DNA from: Catajapyx aquilonaris
Taxonomy: Eukaryota
Direction: 5' to 3'
DNA length: 63,051 bases
Assembly (NCBI GenBank): GCA_000934665.2
Contig: JYFJ02000539.1
Location: forward strand, 62,001-125,051
Below, one piece after another: positions 1 to 13,200 of the stretch; position 1 is the first letter of the stretch, and each line of letters starts with the position of its first letter. Made by a program: the position numbers and the translations under genes. The notes beneath the pieces are model-generated. The model saw nothing but the letters and a program-made list of their open reading frames with translations. It searched no databases and had not been told where the DNA came from.

Positions 1-1358
1 CATCTCGTATGTGGCGACATATTATCCACACACACACATGCAGCAGCATCCAACCCCCTCCTCTCGAGAGTGACAGATGATGAAGTGAATCGACCCAACC
101 AGTAGGGGACTCTTTATTATGTGAGCCATCCTAATGTTTGCATTAGATGTGCAGAGCGGCCAATGGGTGCCATTCAGGCCCGGCTTCCATGTGCTTCAGA
201 ACTGGAGTGGGGCGTTGAAAAACCGGGGATCTCTCCTGACCACTTCTTTGCACAACCAGCGCACCGATTTGATGCCACGTGTGCACAAGGTTTGCCAAAA
301 TGTACTCCCCGATTTATAGGTGCCAAGAGAAACATGCGCGCTACATAGGTGTGTTGTTGACTCAATGTGTGCCTGTTACAAATGATATCTAATAAAGACA
401 CGGTCCAGCCGGCACGTGACGTCCTTTTGGTCATCCAGTAGGGGGGGTCAACAGCAGTCGAGATTTCCCCATAGAATCGGAGGGGGTCCAGTCCAAATGA
501 GCCATCCCTGCACGCGGCAGACCATTGTCCACCCCTTTTTGGCTGGCCAGATGCCCAAGCGACGGTCTCCCCCCCACATCATTTGGAAGGCCCTTTTGTG
601 GGCTAGAAATAGGCCTAATGGTAGGGCGGGGACTTGATGTGGAGTTTTGGGAGGTGGAAAACGGGGAGAGGGTAAGTCCAGCTACCGACTCTTTTGCCCC
701 CTTCAGACACCTTCTCTAGGACCTAAAATGTCGAACCTGCCAGCAATATCCTTTATGCGCTCGGTAATAGTCTGGAGGAATTTTCTTCCAGACGAAAGAT
801 GCTTTCCAGACACCGGCTGCTAAATTGCTCCAGATGCTTTCCTCACTTCCCTCCGTCATTCATTTCCCCGCACTTTTTCCCCTCAAACGCCTCTAAACGA
901 AAAGCTCAAAAACTGGAGGCCCCCTGAAGCAGTCTCGCATTTGTATCCGCACTAAGAATTTCATAACCCTGGCCCTCCCTTTCCTTCCTTCCTTCCTACC
1001 CAGCAGAAACGTGACACCTCCCCTTGCCTCCTTCCCCCCCCCCCTTTCCTTTTCCCTCCGTCTCCTTCATTTAAATTGATTCAACGCCGCTTTATCTCTC
1101 GGTTTATCTCTGACTTCTCCTCTCCCGCCAGGATCTATGGAACCTCATCCCTAACGAAGATGGGGAGTGTCCAAAACGCGTTTTGTTAGTGTCAACTTGC
1201 GGCAAAGGCGACGGCAGTGAAAATACTCAAATATATATCTTACTTTATGTGCTGGGGGCTGTTTTTCTTATACGTCAGCTGAAATGGGGGTACGTTTACT
1301 TTCGTGACAATATTATGCAACATTACTGCAGTCCCAAGGAGAAACACCCTAACTGCAA

Positions 1359-1450
1359 AACTAGTAAGGGTGAAAGTCGCATCCACTAATCCCTAGTGAG
1401 CCAATAGGGATTAGTGCAGGACATGCATGCGACTTTCACCCTTACTAGTT
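1359..1450. repeat. Compact inverted repeat/hairpin (possible MITE remnant)
   Basis: Perfect 24-bp outer stem AACTAGTAAGGGTGAAAGTCGCAT (1359-1382 / 1427-1450) and 12-bp inner stem CACTAATCCCTA (1384-1395 / 1405-1416). Confidence 0.75.
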
Positions 1451-3899
1451 CTATTCTTCCTCCCTGCCGGCTGCCCCGCGAAGCGGGACAACCGGCTCGC
1501 GAAAAAGGAATAGTGGGGAATCGCTACGCGAGTACGCTCCCAATGTTAATTTTGTTTGTAGTAAGTGTGTATCTCCTTGGGACGGCAGATTAGTCGCCAT
1601 GACAGTTCAGGGCAAACAATTTGTAGTTCTGACAGTGAGATTCATACATCCAATCAGGTTCCCCTTGCCAATACAGGCCTGCTAATCAAACAAGCCAGGC
1701 TCCAATTATTGCCATATGAAGCATCTGGAGGAGGCCTTAATAACCATCCAGGAAGGGCCTAAAGTTTCCCGAAAATCAATAAGAGCAACAAACGGTCTCT
1801 GGAGATCAGGGTTAAGCCCGAATAGGTCTTCCCTTGAGAGCATGCAAGCCTTAGGGTCTGGGGAGCAGCCTCAAGAAAGGCACAGGCAGCAATGATTTAA
1901 AGTGGAGGAGTGCGTCCGACACGATTTTTCTTCCCCCAAAATTCGTGGAAAACCACCCGGAAACTGGAGAACTCAGGGGGAGAATAGAGGAATCCTTGCG
2001 AGCCATGGCCGCGCGCGCATAATAAATATGTCAGAGGAACGGGCCTTCCCAAAATGTGCCATTTCCCATCAAAATGAAAGCAGCACATTCCGCCACGTGC
2101 GGAAGAGACAGCCAGAAGCATGCTCGAAGGAATCCATCCAGCTTCATAATCCTAAACCAAAGAGGAAGAGCCGACCTTTACACTTCTTGTCTTGAAGCGC
2201 ACATTCTGCCAGCCAGATGCGGAAAAAAAACTACAGGGTGTTGTTATGAAAATCTGTTGACTGGCAGTTGAACTACGGGTGGTACATCCTCAGGAGATGC
2301 ACATATTTGTGCTGTGGGGGGGACCTAGGATTAGTTTATCGGGAAGGGACATCTCTTTCCGCGTCCATCTGCAAAACTCTCGAGGACAGGTCTTTTGGTT
2401 TGACGGGACCCAAGCAGCCAGAGGTGGTAAATCCTCCCCTTTCTGGGCTTCCAATTTCACACTTGGCGACCGCAATCCAGCCTTTCCCACAACAGTGTCC
2501 GACATTTTGGAAGCGTCATGTTTCAAATTGGACCTAATGCGACAACTGTTGTCAAACAAAAAGTGGGATGAAATATTGAGGAGGATTAAATGCCTATCCG
2601 TGTTGGCCTAAATTATTCAGGTGGTTGGTTAAAAAGACTAACAAATTTTGAGCGGCGCCAATAATTAGTTTCGATGTATATTTTTGTACCTGTACAAGCA
2701 GGTGCATTGCAGTGCAAATTAAACCGTGTGTAATTCAGTAATCGGTGAACCACATGTTTAAATACTTGACAATTAGAGCTACGGATAACGTTGTACAAAT
2801 AAGCTATTATACTCTATAACTTGATATTTCGTATTAACTGGAGCAATCAGCTTCTAATACGAATTTGTGGAATACTTTTATGATATTGGAATTTTCCTTC
2901 ATTTCCTATTTGAGTCCACTTCACAAGTTTGTCCATCTTTCTAAAATCTGCAAGTTTAAGTTCCAAGCTGCAATACAAAAAAAAATTGCCTATAGACGCC
3001 CATCAGGCATATACGTGGAAATGCAAATTAGCCGCCTGCCTCCAAACACCCGGAGTTCCGTCCCGCCTTGTTATACACACCAGCATTACTGTAGAAGCAT
3101 GTACCGAAAATAACTTTCTGTAACTTATCCCAAGTTTGAGGCAAGAAAAGATGCCTTTTCCTCGACTCGGGTTGAAACTTGGGATCGACATGACAGTAAA
3201 TTTGCATTCTCGAGGAAGAGGCAAGTATAGTAAGAGAAGAAGAAGAACAAAAAAACATCGGAGAGTGGTCATGTCTCTCTCGACCGTCGAATCCCCTCAG
3301 GGTATTGCTGGAGAAATGTCCAAGACTTCTCCAAGTTGTGTTCTCCTGCCCCGGGGCGAAACACTGCAACTTCCGGGATGGCGGTCGTGGCCCCGTCCCC
3401 TTGAGCAGACCTGACCCACTGACGAGCCCGCATTAGAATACCCTTCTAATTACAGACGGCGTAACAGTAGCTTACAAGTTCGTCAAAGGGGGGTGGGGGT
3501 GGGGTGTAGGATCGGAGTCCAGGAATAGTTGGCAAAGAAAAGGATGGGGCTTGGAAATCCCCAACTGTGGTCACACATGGCCCAACACACACACCCCCGA
3601 GGATAGGCCGCAGACCAACATCACCCCTTTTGCACAACCCGCCCCAAGAAAAATAAACCGCGGTGACAATTGTCGGGTGTGATTAACCCTCGGATATTAT
3701 TCCCAGCAGGCTCCTCGTCTGCTGGCCACATGCTGGGGTCCCTCTAAGATAAACACTGGGGAAGCTGCATTATTGTATCTCGACCTATGTGACTTATCTT
3801 GCCAAAATTTTCACTCTATTTAGAATTATTTTGCTACGCAGCCCCACCTGGTGTCTACAGTACGCTATCCGTGTGACCAACTGTGACATTGTTATCAGG

Positions 3900-4400
3900 G
3901 GTCTTTTGCTAATTGGCTGATTGACATGTGGACAGGTGGGGGACAGCGTGCGTCATTTGCCAGGTGGAGACACTATCAGCCCCAGCTTGGGTGTGCGAAA
4001 AAAAAAACATTCAGACAGATATACTGTGTATGAGTCCTTCCTGTAATTATAATCCAGGAGCAGCTCGGTGTCGTGCCTCTGCTGAAAATGCAGTTAATGT
4101 GATGAACTGTCATCACGTCCTCCTGCTTTTTCACGCTGCTCTGCCTTAACCACTTCAGATGAAAGCGCCGTTGACGGCTCCCAGACAGCCACCACGGGGG
4201 GAGGGGTTTATCAATCAATTTTGGGGAGCGTGACTAAAAAATGTTATGCATAACAGGGGCGTCACACGTAATTTTACAGGGCGCAACAAAGAACTGTCAA
4301 GACGCACAGGGTGGACCATACCCGTCTGCGCATGACGTCATTCAACATGGCCGCCCACTGACATGATTAATCCATCAACCGCGTGCAAATTAAAAAAGTA
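3900..4400. promoter_or_regulatory. Candidate enhancer in the long non-coding region upstream of spalt exon 2
   Basis: Cluster of motifs seen by eye: TGATTGAC (~3918), CAGGTG E-boxes (~3933, 3961), ATCAATCAA (~4210), TGACGTCA (~4333), TGATTAAT (~4363). Motif presence only; no functional evidence. Confidence 0.25.
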
Positions 4401-7400
4401 TTGTACTTTTGTAGCCACCCTGTGTTTGAGCTAAGTGGGGGCGTAGTGCGGTGATTACGGTTACGATATGTAACGAAGTTCGCAGAGGGGGGCGCGTCAT
4501 ATGTGCAGGGTGGACGGTATGGTAAGAGTTGATGGCCGATTGTTCCTGGCTACCAACCAGAACTGAGGCTGGCAGGAGCAATTTAGCAGTTTGGAAACGG
4601 TGCTCGTCACTAGGGAAATGGGCCTGTTCTTCCTCCTTCCTGCTGCATCCCAAGCCATCAGAAGCAACAACATCAGGCTGGCTGCTTCTGTTGGCTGAAA
4701 CATCTGCGCCCATCCTAAATGTTACATGCTTCCCCCTTCTGCTATACCTAACCCTGCTATTAGGATGCCCCCGTGATGGCCGAGGCACTCAGTCTTATGA
4801 AGAAAGGCTCATTTTTCTGAGCGGATGAATGAGCAGCCCAACGGAAGATGCTGTGCACGACTCCCATGTACTTTGTCTTGCCTAGTTAGAGTTCAATATG
4901 CTTAGACACACAGGGAGGAGCTCAACAGGGTTGTGATTAAAGGAAGATGTGCTATAGCATTTTATTAAACTAATTGCAACAATGAAAACTGACCTTGCAA
5001 GTGGTTGACGTCATGCAAATATATCAAAAATGTGAAAGTTGCATGGTGTGAAGTGCAATAATGTGACACAAACGATATTAAAATCTACACGACACTAACG
5101 GCAAAAAAATCTCATAAACTTACAATCCAGTCTGAGTCAAGGAAATGCCCCAAATAATGAAGCGATCTAACAGCATGGAAAAAAGCCAAAATCGTGACAA
5201 ATTTCCTAACATGAAACGTATCATGTTGTCTCTGCCTCCTGATAAACCTACAACATGTAAATAGCCAAAGGCCTTTCTTATTCTGGCACGAAAATGTTAA
5301 TTAGATCCCACGTTAAGGAAAAACCTTTACACGCGCTTCCCAAACGTATTTTTTTCCCACCCATTATCAAAAAGAGGGTTGAAATGCAAATGAACCTACC
5401 AGGTGAATGTAGGACGAGCCCCCCCAATATGACAGGAAAAAGATGGAGTTGTGCCGCCTATGCCAACCAGTCATAACAACGCCTCTTAACCCGCATGCGT
5501 GATTCAATTTGTGAGGGCCCCACCAGTATGGTTCAGGGGGAAGTGTCATAACTTCGTGATGGCCGACCAATGTATATGGAAAGGGCCAATAATTACTATG
5601 ATCACAATCACCTTGGAATATTCTGTTAAACAATACTGCGCACATTACCTTATACAACTGTTAGTAAACTGTTGTAAATACTAGGATTAGAATTCGTGCA
5701 TACAGTACACTTCCCACATCCAAAAGATTCGATCAGAAAAATTCCAGACACCTTTTGCTTAGACCCAGATTTAGGCGTTCCCCTGTTTTGCCCCGAAGAA
5801 AAGTCAAAATAGGCACAATGCAGTGTGGTAGCAAGTGTGGTGGTGGTGGGGAGGGAGAGAGAAAAAGGGAAGAAGAAAAACAATGGCAGGGTTGAAAAGC
5901 TGGGACGCGAGGCGTCGTCTTCCCGCCCGAAATATGTGAAATCCGGCGCGGATTGCAGTACTTTTGTCTTGGGGGCCTTCTGGGATGACATCCATTATTT
6001 GCCTAAGAATAGCCTGCCATGGCTTACGGCCGAATGGGGGAACTGTCCCGAGGCCATAAAGTTATTTGAAGGCGAGCTGCAGATTTTGACAGAAAAGCTT
6101 GCTTCTGCTTCCTTGGATCCTTGCCCTCAACTCCAGCAACCTGTCGCCATCATTTGTTCTACCCACCAACTTCGAAAAAAGAAAGAAAGAAAAAAAAAAG
6201 AGGAAGCATCTGCGTTCGTTACTCGAAATTACTAAAAGTGTAAATTTTCTCCAGAAAGGGGACCATCTACCGAATATTTTCGACAGCTGTCAAATGTTAG
6301 CGCCATTTATCATTTCGCGTCTAGCTGCGTTTATGTCACGCTCTTTTCGCTGGTGATTTGTCTTCCCAAAAAGGAGGATGGGGCGCGGTTGTTGGTTCTA
6401 GACTTTTTGGAGTATAATATGTTATGCCCAATTGCCTGCCAAATATAGTTTAAACCATTCACTTGAAAGTATTTACGCGGGCTGCAGTCATAATTTAAAA
6501 GAGGCGTATTTTTTTGCCAATTTTAACGCACCTCTGTATTATTGCGAATAATTTTATTTGGTCATAACTTCAAGCTTCATTGCTTATATTGGCCAAGTTC
6601 GTCCTGTCGCCTACATTAGTGATGAAAAGAAGCAGTTTGTGACACATTCCTTGTATAGTTGAAACTTTCAGGTTCGGCAACAATTTTATAGCAGACCGGT
6701 CAATCTGTATAGCCTTCATTCTATGAAAATTTTAGTGCATGACAGCCACCGATTAAATTTTATGCAAAAAAATTAGTGTGAAGAGTAGGACACACCACAA
6801 AAATAGGCCATCCCCACACATTTTTAAAGCAATAATAGGCTGAACAATGTCCATGACCGCACACAAAAAAAAGGGTTTTGGATACTGTAACTAAATCCAG
6901 GCGGAGAAGAATGATGACAAGACTTGAGGAATATAAGCGTCTGTCCTTATTTCGCATCCTGTCGTAAGCCTGTAGCTATTCTGGGTCGGCTGTGATCCCA
7001 GCAGTTAGAAGGCTCAACCCAGAAGCATCTTGTTTTGTGCTGCTGGCCAACAGGAATGTCGCTATTGTTTATGCCTCCTTTTCTACCCCGCTGCTTTGTC
7101 TGCTCCGGATGACTCGGCAGCCCAAACATTTTTGCTTGGAGACAATTTTCCAGTGCGACACTTTGACGGAATTACAAATGGTCAAGTTGCCCTCTCTATT
7201 TTTGCCCCCGGGTCATCTCTATTTTGTCCCCCCCTGCTTTTTTGGAAGTGTCTGTAGCTACTCCAATTCTTTCCTTTCAAATTCATGTCAGCCTAGGAAA
7301 GTGGCGGGTGTGTTCCGAGGGCGCCATGGCGGAACTTTGCAAAGTGCTTTCCACACATCGCTGGGGAAATGGAGACGACGCCTCTCTATTTTCTTCCCGC

Positions 7401-10287
7401 ATCTTCTAGACCTTATGTAACACTACTCCGCAAAAGGGTATTCACCCGGTATTATCCCTCAGGCTAAAACCTCCACACCCATCTTTTTTAAAAAATGCAT
7501 ATAATATAAACCTCAAAATGTTGCATGAGAAAATGATCGGTTGTGGTGCTCCGGATGTTACAAAGATGCCCCGTAGGCAACAGAATAAAGGATAGAGAGG
7601 GCACTTCACGAGCGGGCAACCGGCCAATCATGTGTCCTGTTTGCAGTGTGAGTGTGTGTGTGCTAAAGCCAGAAAAGTTATGTTTTTGCTCGACCCCCCA
7701 CCCTGCACGCACGCCCCCCACTTTTTTTTTTAAAAAAAAAGCGAGACCCGACGCCATCTGTGAATCGAATCCACCAACAATTTTTTTCCCCTGTCCTTTT
7801 TTAAAAAAAGTTGCTATTGATCCCCTAAAAAATGCCGGAATCCTCATATACCCAAAAATATACCCGAACCTTAATTGGCAGAAAAGAATTCCGGTTGCCA
7901 TTTCCGGTTTGAAGGCTTTAAGGTGCTCTGTTACGAGTTCTTTGTTACCTTGTGGAAGAGTACTAATGACCCTCCGGCACTTAAGGTTAGGCGAGACTAT
8001 TTCTGCCCCCGTGGCACGAACGTAAATCAGAGTAACTAAAAAAAAGGCGGGAGGGGGGGGGGGGGAGATAACGGGGGTTAGAGAATACTTTTCGGGTTCA
8101 AAAGGCCGTCAGATTCTGGAGAAAACAACAAAAGCTAAAAGCCCCTTCCACGGCGTAACGGGGGTGGGGTATAAGCCCCTCCCTTGCATACCTATCTGTG
8201 ACGTACAGCCCCAAAAAATGCAGAGGGTAAAACATTTCAATCACTAAAAACGTACCAATTAGAGCAGATACTTGAATGTTTGAAGTTAAACAGAAAATTC
8301 TTGGGTTAGCTGCATCGGCGACAAGGTAGCAGGGCGTGACCATGGAGCTGATGGAAACGCTACATTCCGACCATATGGACAGATGTGCCGTCAATCGTAC
8401 AAACTGGGTCTTGACGTGTCCTTGTGATGGGTCACGCTGTTTCGGACTCACAACTGTCATCTTCAATCAGACGTAATCGCTTCAGGGGTCATCCTCAGTG
8501 TTGTTGCTTTCAACGCTGGAAAAAGGGAAGGAAACTGGTGTCACTGTCCTGTCCCAACCAGGAGAAAGCATACGGAAAACAACTTGACCAGATCAGAATC
8601 GTAGGGAAATATTTTTGTGGCCCCAACTCCAGCTATTGTCCGATGGTACCTTGAAAGACCGAGTGACAAGCGGTGATGGACCGATCCCAGAAGCGACAAA
8701 TCAGACGGAAAACTTGGGGTTCCTCTTTTGAATGTTGCGATCCGCTGTTTTGGATGTCCGCTAAAGATATCATTATTGCACCCGTCCCTTGATGATTATA
8801 TTCCGAGCAGGTGGGACACAAAACCGGTGGGAACAGAAACGTAGAAATTATGAAAGTCGTTACCCAGCCCGTACCTGACAGAAGTGACATAGCAGCCTCA
8901 TAACGCTGAAATTTAATTAGTCTGCATACCAAGGCGTCAAGAGGGCCAACAGAAGGTGTGGCCCCATCCCCCCGTGTTAATTTGGCTCTTTTGCCTCCAC
9001 CCACGCAACACCCCCCACCACCTCCTTAAAAAAAGGATGCCGGAAAATTAGCGCCGAAGAAAATAATGGACCGAATCTCCTCAGGAAATTCTCAGCCGGA
9101 AATCATTCCAGTATGCGGGTGGTGTCGCATAGAAAACTACAGATCAGGTGACATAATTGTTAAAAAAAATCTTCAAGATGAACTTAGTGGCGGTGACCAA
9201 ATTGAAACAATTTTCTTTCGGTAAGGTTGGCAACTATAAATCCCCGAGGTCAATTATATTCATAATAAGACCGGAATTCTTCCGTCCATGGGATCGCTTG
9301 ATGTTTTTACGACTGGTTTTCCACTATTTCATTGGCAATTTAATGCCAGGCCCAGTTGGCCTTCATATCAGCATGATAATAGGTCCGGGAATGGTGAAGC
9401 GTATGAGATGCATATGCTCTTAATGTCACCCCTGTTGAGTAATTTGTTATCTGGAAAGAGTCGCAAAAAATAATATGGAGAGAGAGATATGTTGGAGAAC
9501 CTGTCTTATGCTGCCCTTTAACTGATGGAAAACATTATCGTAATGACCGGGTGACCAATGAAAGCGTTTGCATGTTCTGTCGTATGAACTGATATTTTCA
9601 AGCGTCGCCCTCATGAGTTATGAATATGAGCGGCAGTTCAAATGACATTACAACCTTCCACTCAAAGATGATGGGTCAGGTTTGTCCACTCGAGGCCGGT
9701 TCTCAAATGACTCCTGCCATGGATGCTTTTTCTGCGAGATGGCATACTTTTCAACGAGGGTCAGGCCCCCTTGGGCTTGATTTATGGCACCCGATATATG
9801 GGCTCGGAATAATTAAAAGGCATCGTATAGTTGTATAAGACCACATCATTAGTTGATATTCCGTGATGACTAATGGGTCTCGAAGCCAAAAAGCTGTCCT
9901 TGTTTTGTGTGCTTTCAACCCGGTCGGACGACCTCGGAAAGGACACGAGTTATGTGCTGTCCACCTACTTGGTCCGCTCTTGTTATCTCTTCCCAGCATG
10001 TAGTAAATGGTTTATCTACATGTGAAGACACACCTGAAAGGGCCCTTTGCAATCACCATCACTCTGCCGTTAACGTTGTCGCCCGATGCAATTGCTTCGG
10101 AAACAAATCGTCACCAACGACTTCGATATCTTTCCTCCGCTGACTGGCGCATGGTGACCGTTGGACACTGAATGCGATGCACGCATTTTCACGCCTTTAT
10201 ATATACACACACATTGACTTTAGGTGTTAAGACGTCCAAATGCCACTTTGATGTTTTGCTAACGTTGATTGGTCTTTTCACTTGCAG

Positions 10288-13200
10288 GTGAGAGCTCAGC
10301 GTCTCCCTCCGACGACGAATGCGGAGCCAACTCCGGAGGGGGCGGTACCGGCGACGAGCACATATGCGGTCGCTGCCGAGCAGAATTCCTGGAGCTGTCG
10401 GATTTCCTGGAGCACAAGCGGCAGTGCATCCAGAAGCCGGTGGTGGTGGCCATGGGAGACGAGGCATCGGACGACCCGGAGGACCTCATGGGGTCGTACC
10501 GAGCGGGAGACGAAGGTGCGGAGATGGACGAGGACGGGGAAGGTGACGGGGCGGACGACGTGGTCGGCGAACCGGACGAAGTCCTCAGGCGCCACCAGGA
10601 CATGGCCAATAACAACCAGCAGAACGGTACGGGGAAGGGCGGTGACGAGTCCGGGGTAGATGAGGAGGGTGGTGGTGGTAGTGGTGTCGCCATGGACAAA
10701 TCCGGGGAAGACTTGATGGACACGGCGACAACTCCCGGGGAGGAGAAGGACAGTCCGGGTGTTATCGGTGGTGGTTGTAGTGGTGGTGGTGCGGGGGTGG
10801 GCGGGAGAGGAGGGGGCAGCGGGGGCGGAAGCAGCCCGACCACCCCGGTGGTTCCGCCCCTGGGCTCCATCCCGGGCCTCTTGAACCTTTCCGCGTTGAA
10901 TGTGAACAGTTTATTCCCCTTCTCGGCGGCCCTGCCAGGCACCAACGTGACGCTGGAGGCTCTGCAGAACACCAAGGTGGCCGTGGCTCAGTTCGCGGCC
11001 ACCGCCCTGGCCAACAACTCCAACAACACCGCGGCCCTGCAGGAACTGGCCGTCCTGCAGTCCACGCTGTACACCCTGCAGCAGCAACAGATGCTGCAGC
11101 TGCAACTCATCCAGCAGTTGCAGCAGCAGCTGCAGATCAGCCGCTCCAAAGAGGTGACGGTGGGGTCGTCGGGGCTGGTGGGGTCGTCGGGGCTGGTGGG
11201 ACCTTCGCAAGTGCCGGACGGCAGCCTCCTCCTTCCGCCCTCTTCCTCCTCCTCCTCCTCAGTGGTAGGCGCTCCTCTTCCTTCCAACATGGGCGTCGGC
11301 AGCAGCGGCAGCAGCGGCGTCGGTGGCGGCAGCAGCAGTGTTGCCGCCGCCGTGGCCTCTGCGGCCGCTTCAGCCTACCCCCACACACCCCTGAACATCC
11401 CCAAGCCTCCGTCTTCCCCCTCTGGCAGCAGTGCCAACAATCCCGCGGGTGGTGGTACCTCAGGCGCCGGCGCCTCTGCCTCCGGTGGCAGTCCCAGAGA
11501 AACCTCCCCAAACCCCTCAGTCAGCAGCGGAAACACCCCACTGAACCCCAACGCACCCTGCTCCTCCTCCTTGTCCACGTCCTCCATGATGCCCAGCCTG
11601 GCCTCCACCATCATCACCAACAATGACCCGCCTCTTCCCAACGAGCCCAACACCCTGGAGATGCTCCAACGTCGCGCCCAGGAGGTGCTGGACAATGCTA
11701 GTCAGGGCCTGCTGGCCAACAGCTTGGCCGACGACCTGGCTTTCCGCAAGGGAAAGCCTCCAAATGTGCTCTCCCCTTATGACCAGAAGACGGGGCGCAA
11801 CGAGCCCTTCTTCAAGCACCGGTGTCGCTATTGCGGCAAGGTGTTTGGCAGTGATTCCGCGCTCCAGATCCATATCCGGTCCCACACAGGTGAGCGCCCC
11901 TTTAAGTGCAATGTCTGTGGTAGTCGCTTTACCACTAAGGGAAACCTCAAGGTTCATTTCCAGCGACATACCACAAAGTTTCCTCATATTAAGATGAACC
12001 CCAATCCGGTGCCGGAACACCTAGATAAGTTCCACCCCCCACTCCTTAGTCAGTTGGGCCAGCAGGGAATTCCCCCTCCTCCTGGAGGGGCGGCCCAGGG
12101 GCTGCCCCCGGGCCTTCCTCCACAGGGCCTCCCACCCCACCACCCACAACATCACCCATACCCAGGCGCGTTCCCGCACCTCTACCGCCTGCCCTCCTCG
12201 CACGAGCTCCTCCAGCACCCCAAGCCCCTCAGCCTGTTGACCCCACCTTCCCCGGCTGCCGTCGCAACCAAAGAACAAGACGTTCCCGAAAACCTAAGCA
12301 AGGCCGTCACCACATCCGCGTCCGCGAGCTCGGTCTCCACTACCGCGGTCAACACCACCACCTCCTCCACCTTGACCGCATCATCATCATCATCCGCAGC
12401 AGCCGCAGCAGCAGCAGCGTCCTCGTCGTCGCCTGTGCCCTCCCCTGGGCACAAGTCCATCGCAGGCGAAGACGAGCCCAAAAAGGGGTCAATCGAAGAT
12501 CCGACCACGCCAGAGGCCGGAGGGCGCATCTCTCCGTCGCAGCTGGTCGACGGGGACGGGGACGCGGACATGATGGACGCGGAGAAGGACGATGAGGACC
12601 GGCCCATCAGGTCCCCCATGATGATGGGGGACGAGTGCAGTGTGGACAGTCGGTTCAGCAACGAGGACGGGCTATTGATGCCCCACGACGAGCTGAGCTG
12701 CGGGGAAGAACAGGACGAGAGCCAAGACCAGCCCGAGAACCTTTCCAAGTCCGTCTCCTCTCCTGGCGGAGGGGGGCCCGTTCACATGCATGGGGGGAGC
12801 CCTCCCCACGGGGGCACACTTCCCCCGGGGGCGTACGCCTTTGCTTCCCAGCTGAGTCCCACGGGATCCACCTGCAGTTCCACGGGTCCGATGATCCTGC
12901 ACACTCCAGGAGGTCTCTTCTCCATCCCGGGTGACGTCGACCCGGCAAAAGACCCGGCAATCTACACCAATCTTCTCCCCCGTCCAGGCAGCACCGATAC
13001 AGCCTGGGAGAGCCTGATCGAGGTCACCAAGACCTCGGAGACCTCCAAGCTGCAGCAGCTAGTCGACAACATCGAGCACAAGCTGACCGACCCCAACCAG
13101 TGCATCATCTGCCACAGGGTCCTCTCCTGCAAGAGCGCCCTCCAGATGCACTACCGGACGCACACCGGGGAGCGACCCTTCAAGTGCAAGATCTGCGGGA

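Noticed and set aside
1..10287. Short ORFs (60-160 aa) upstream of spalt exon 2, and a search for the MSRRKQ first exon
   Set aside because: No recognisable domains and mostly non-ATG starts; no MSRRKQ-like exon was seen by eye, so it is treated as intron/regulatory DNA.
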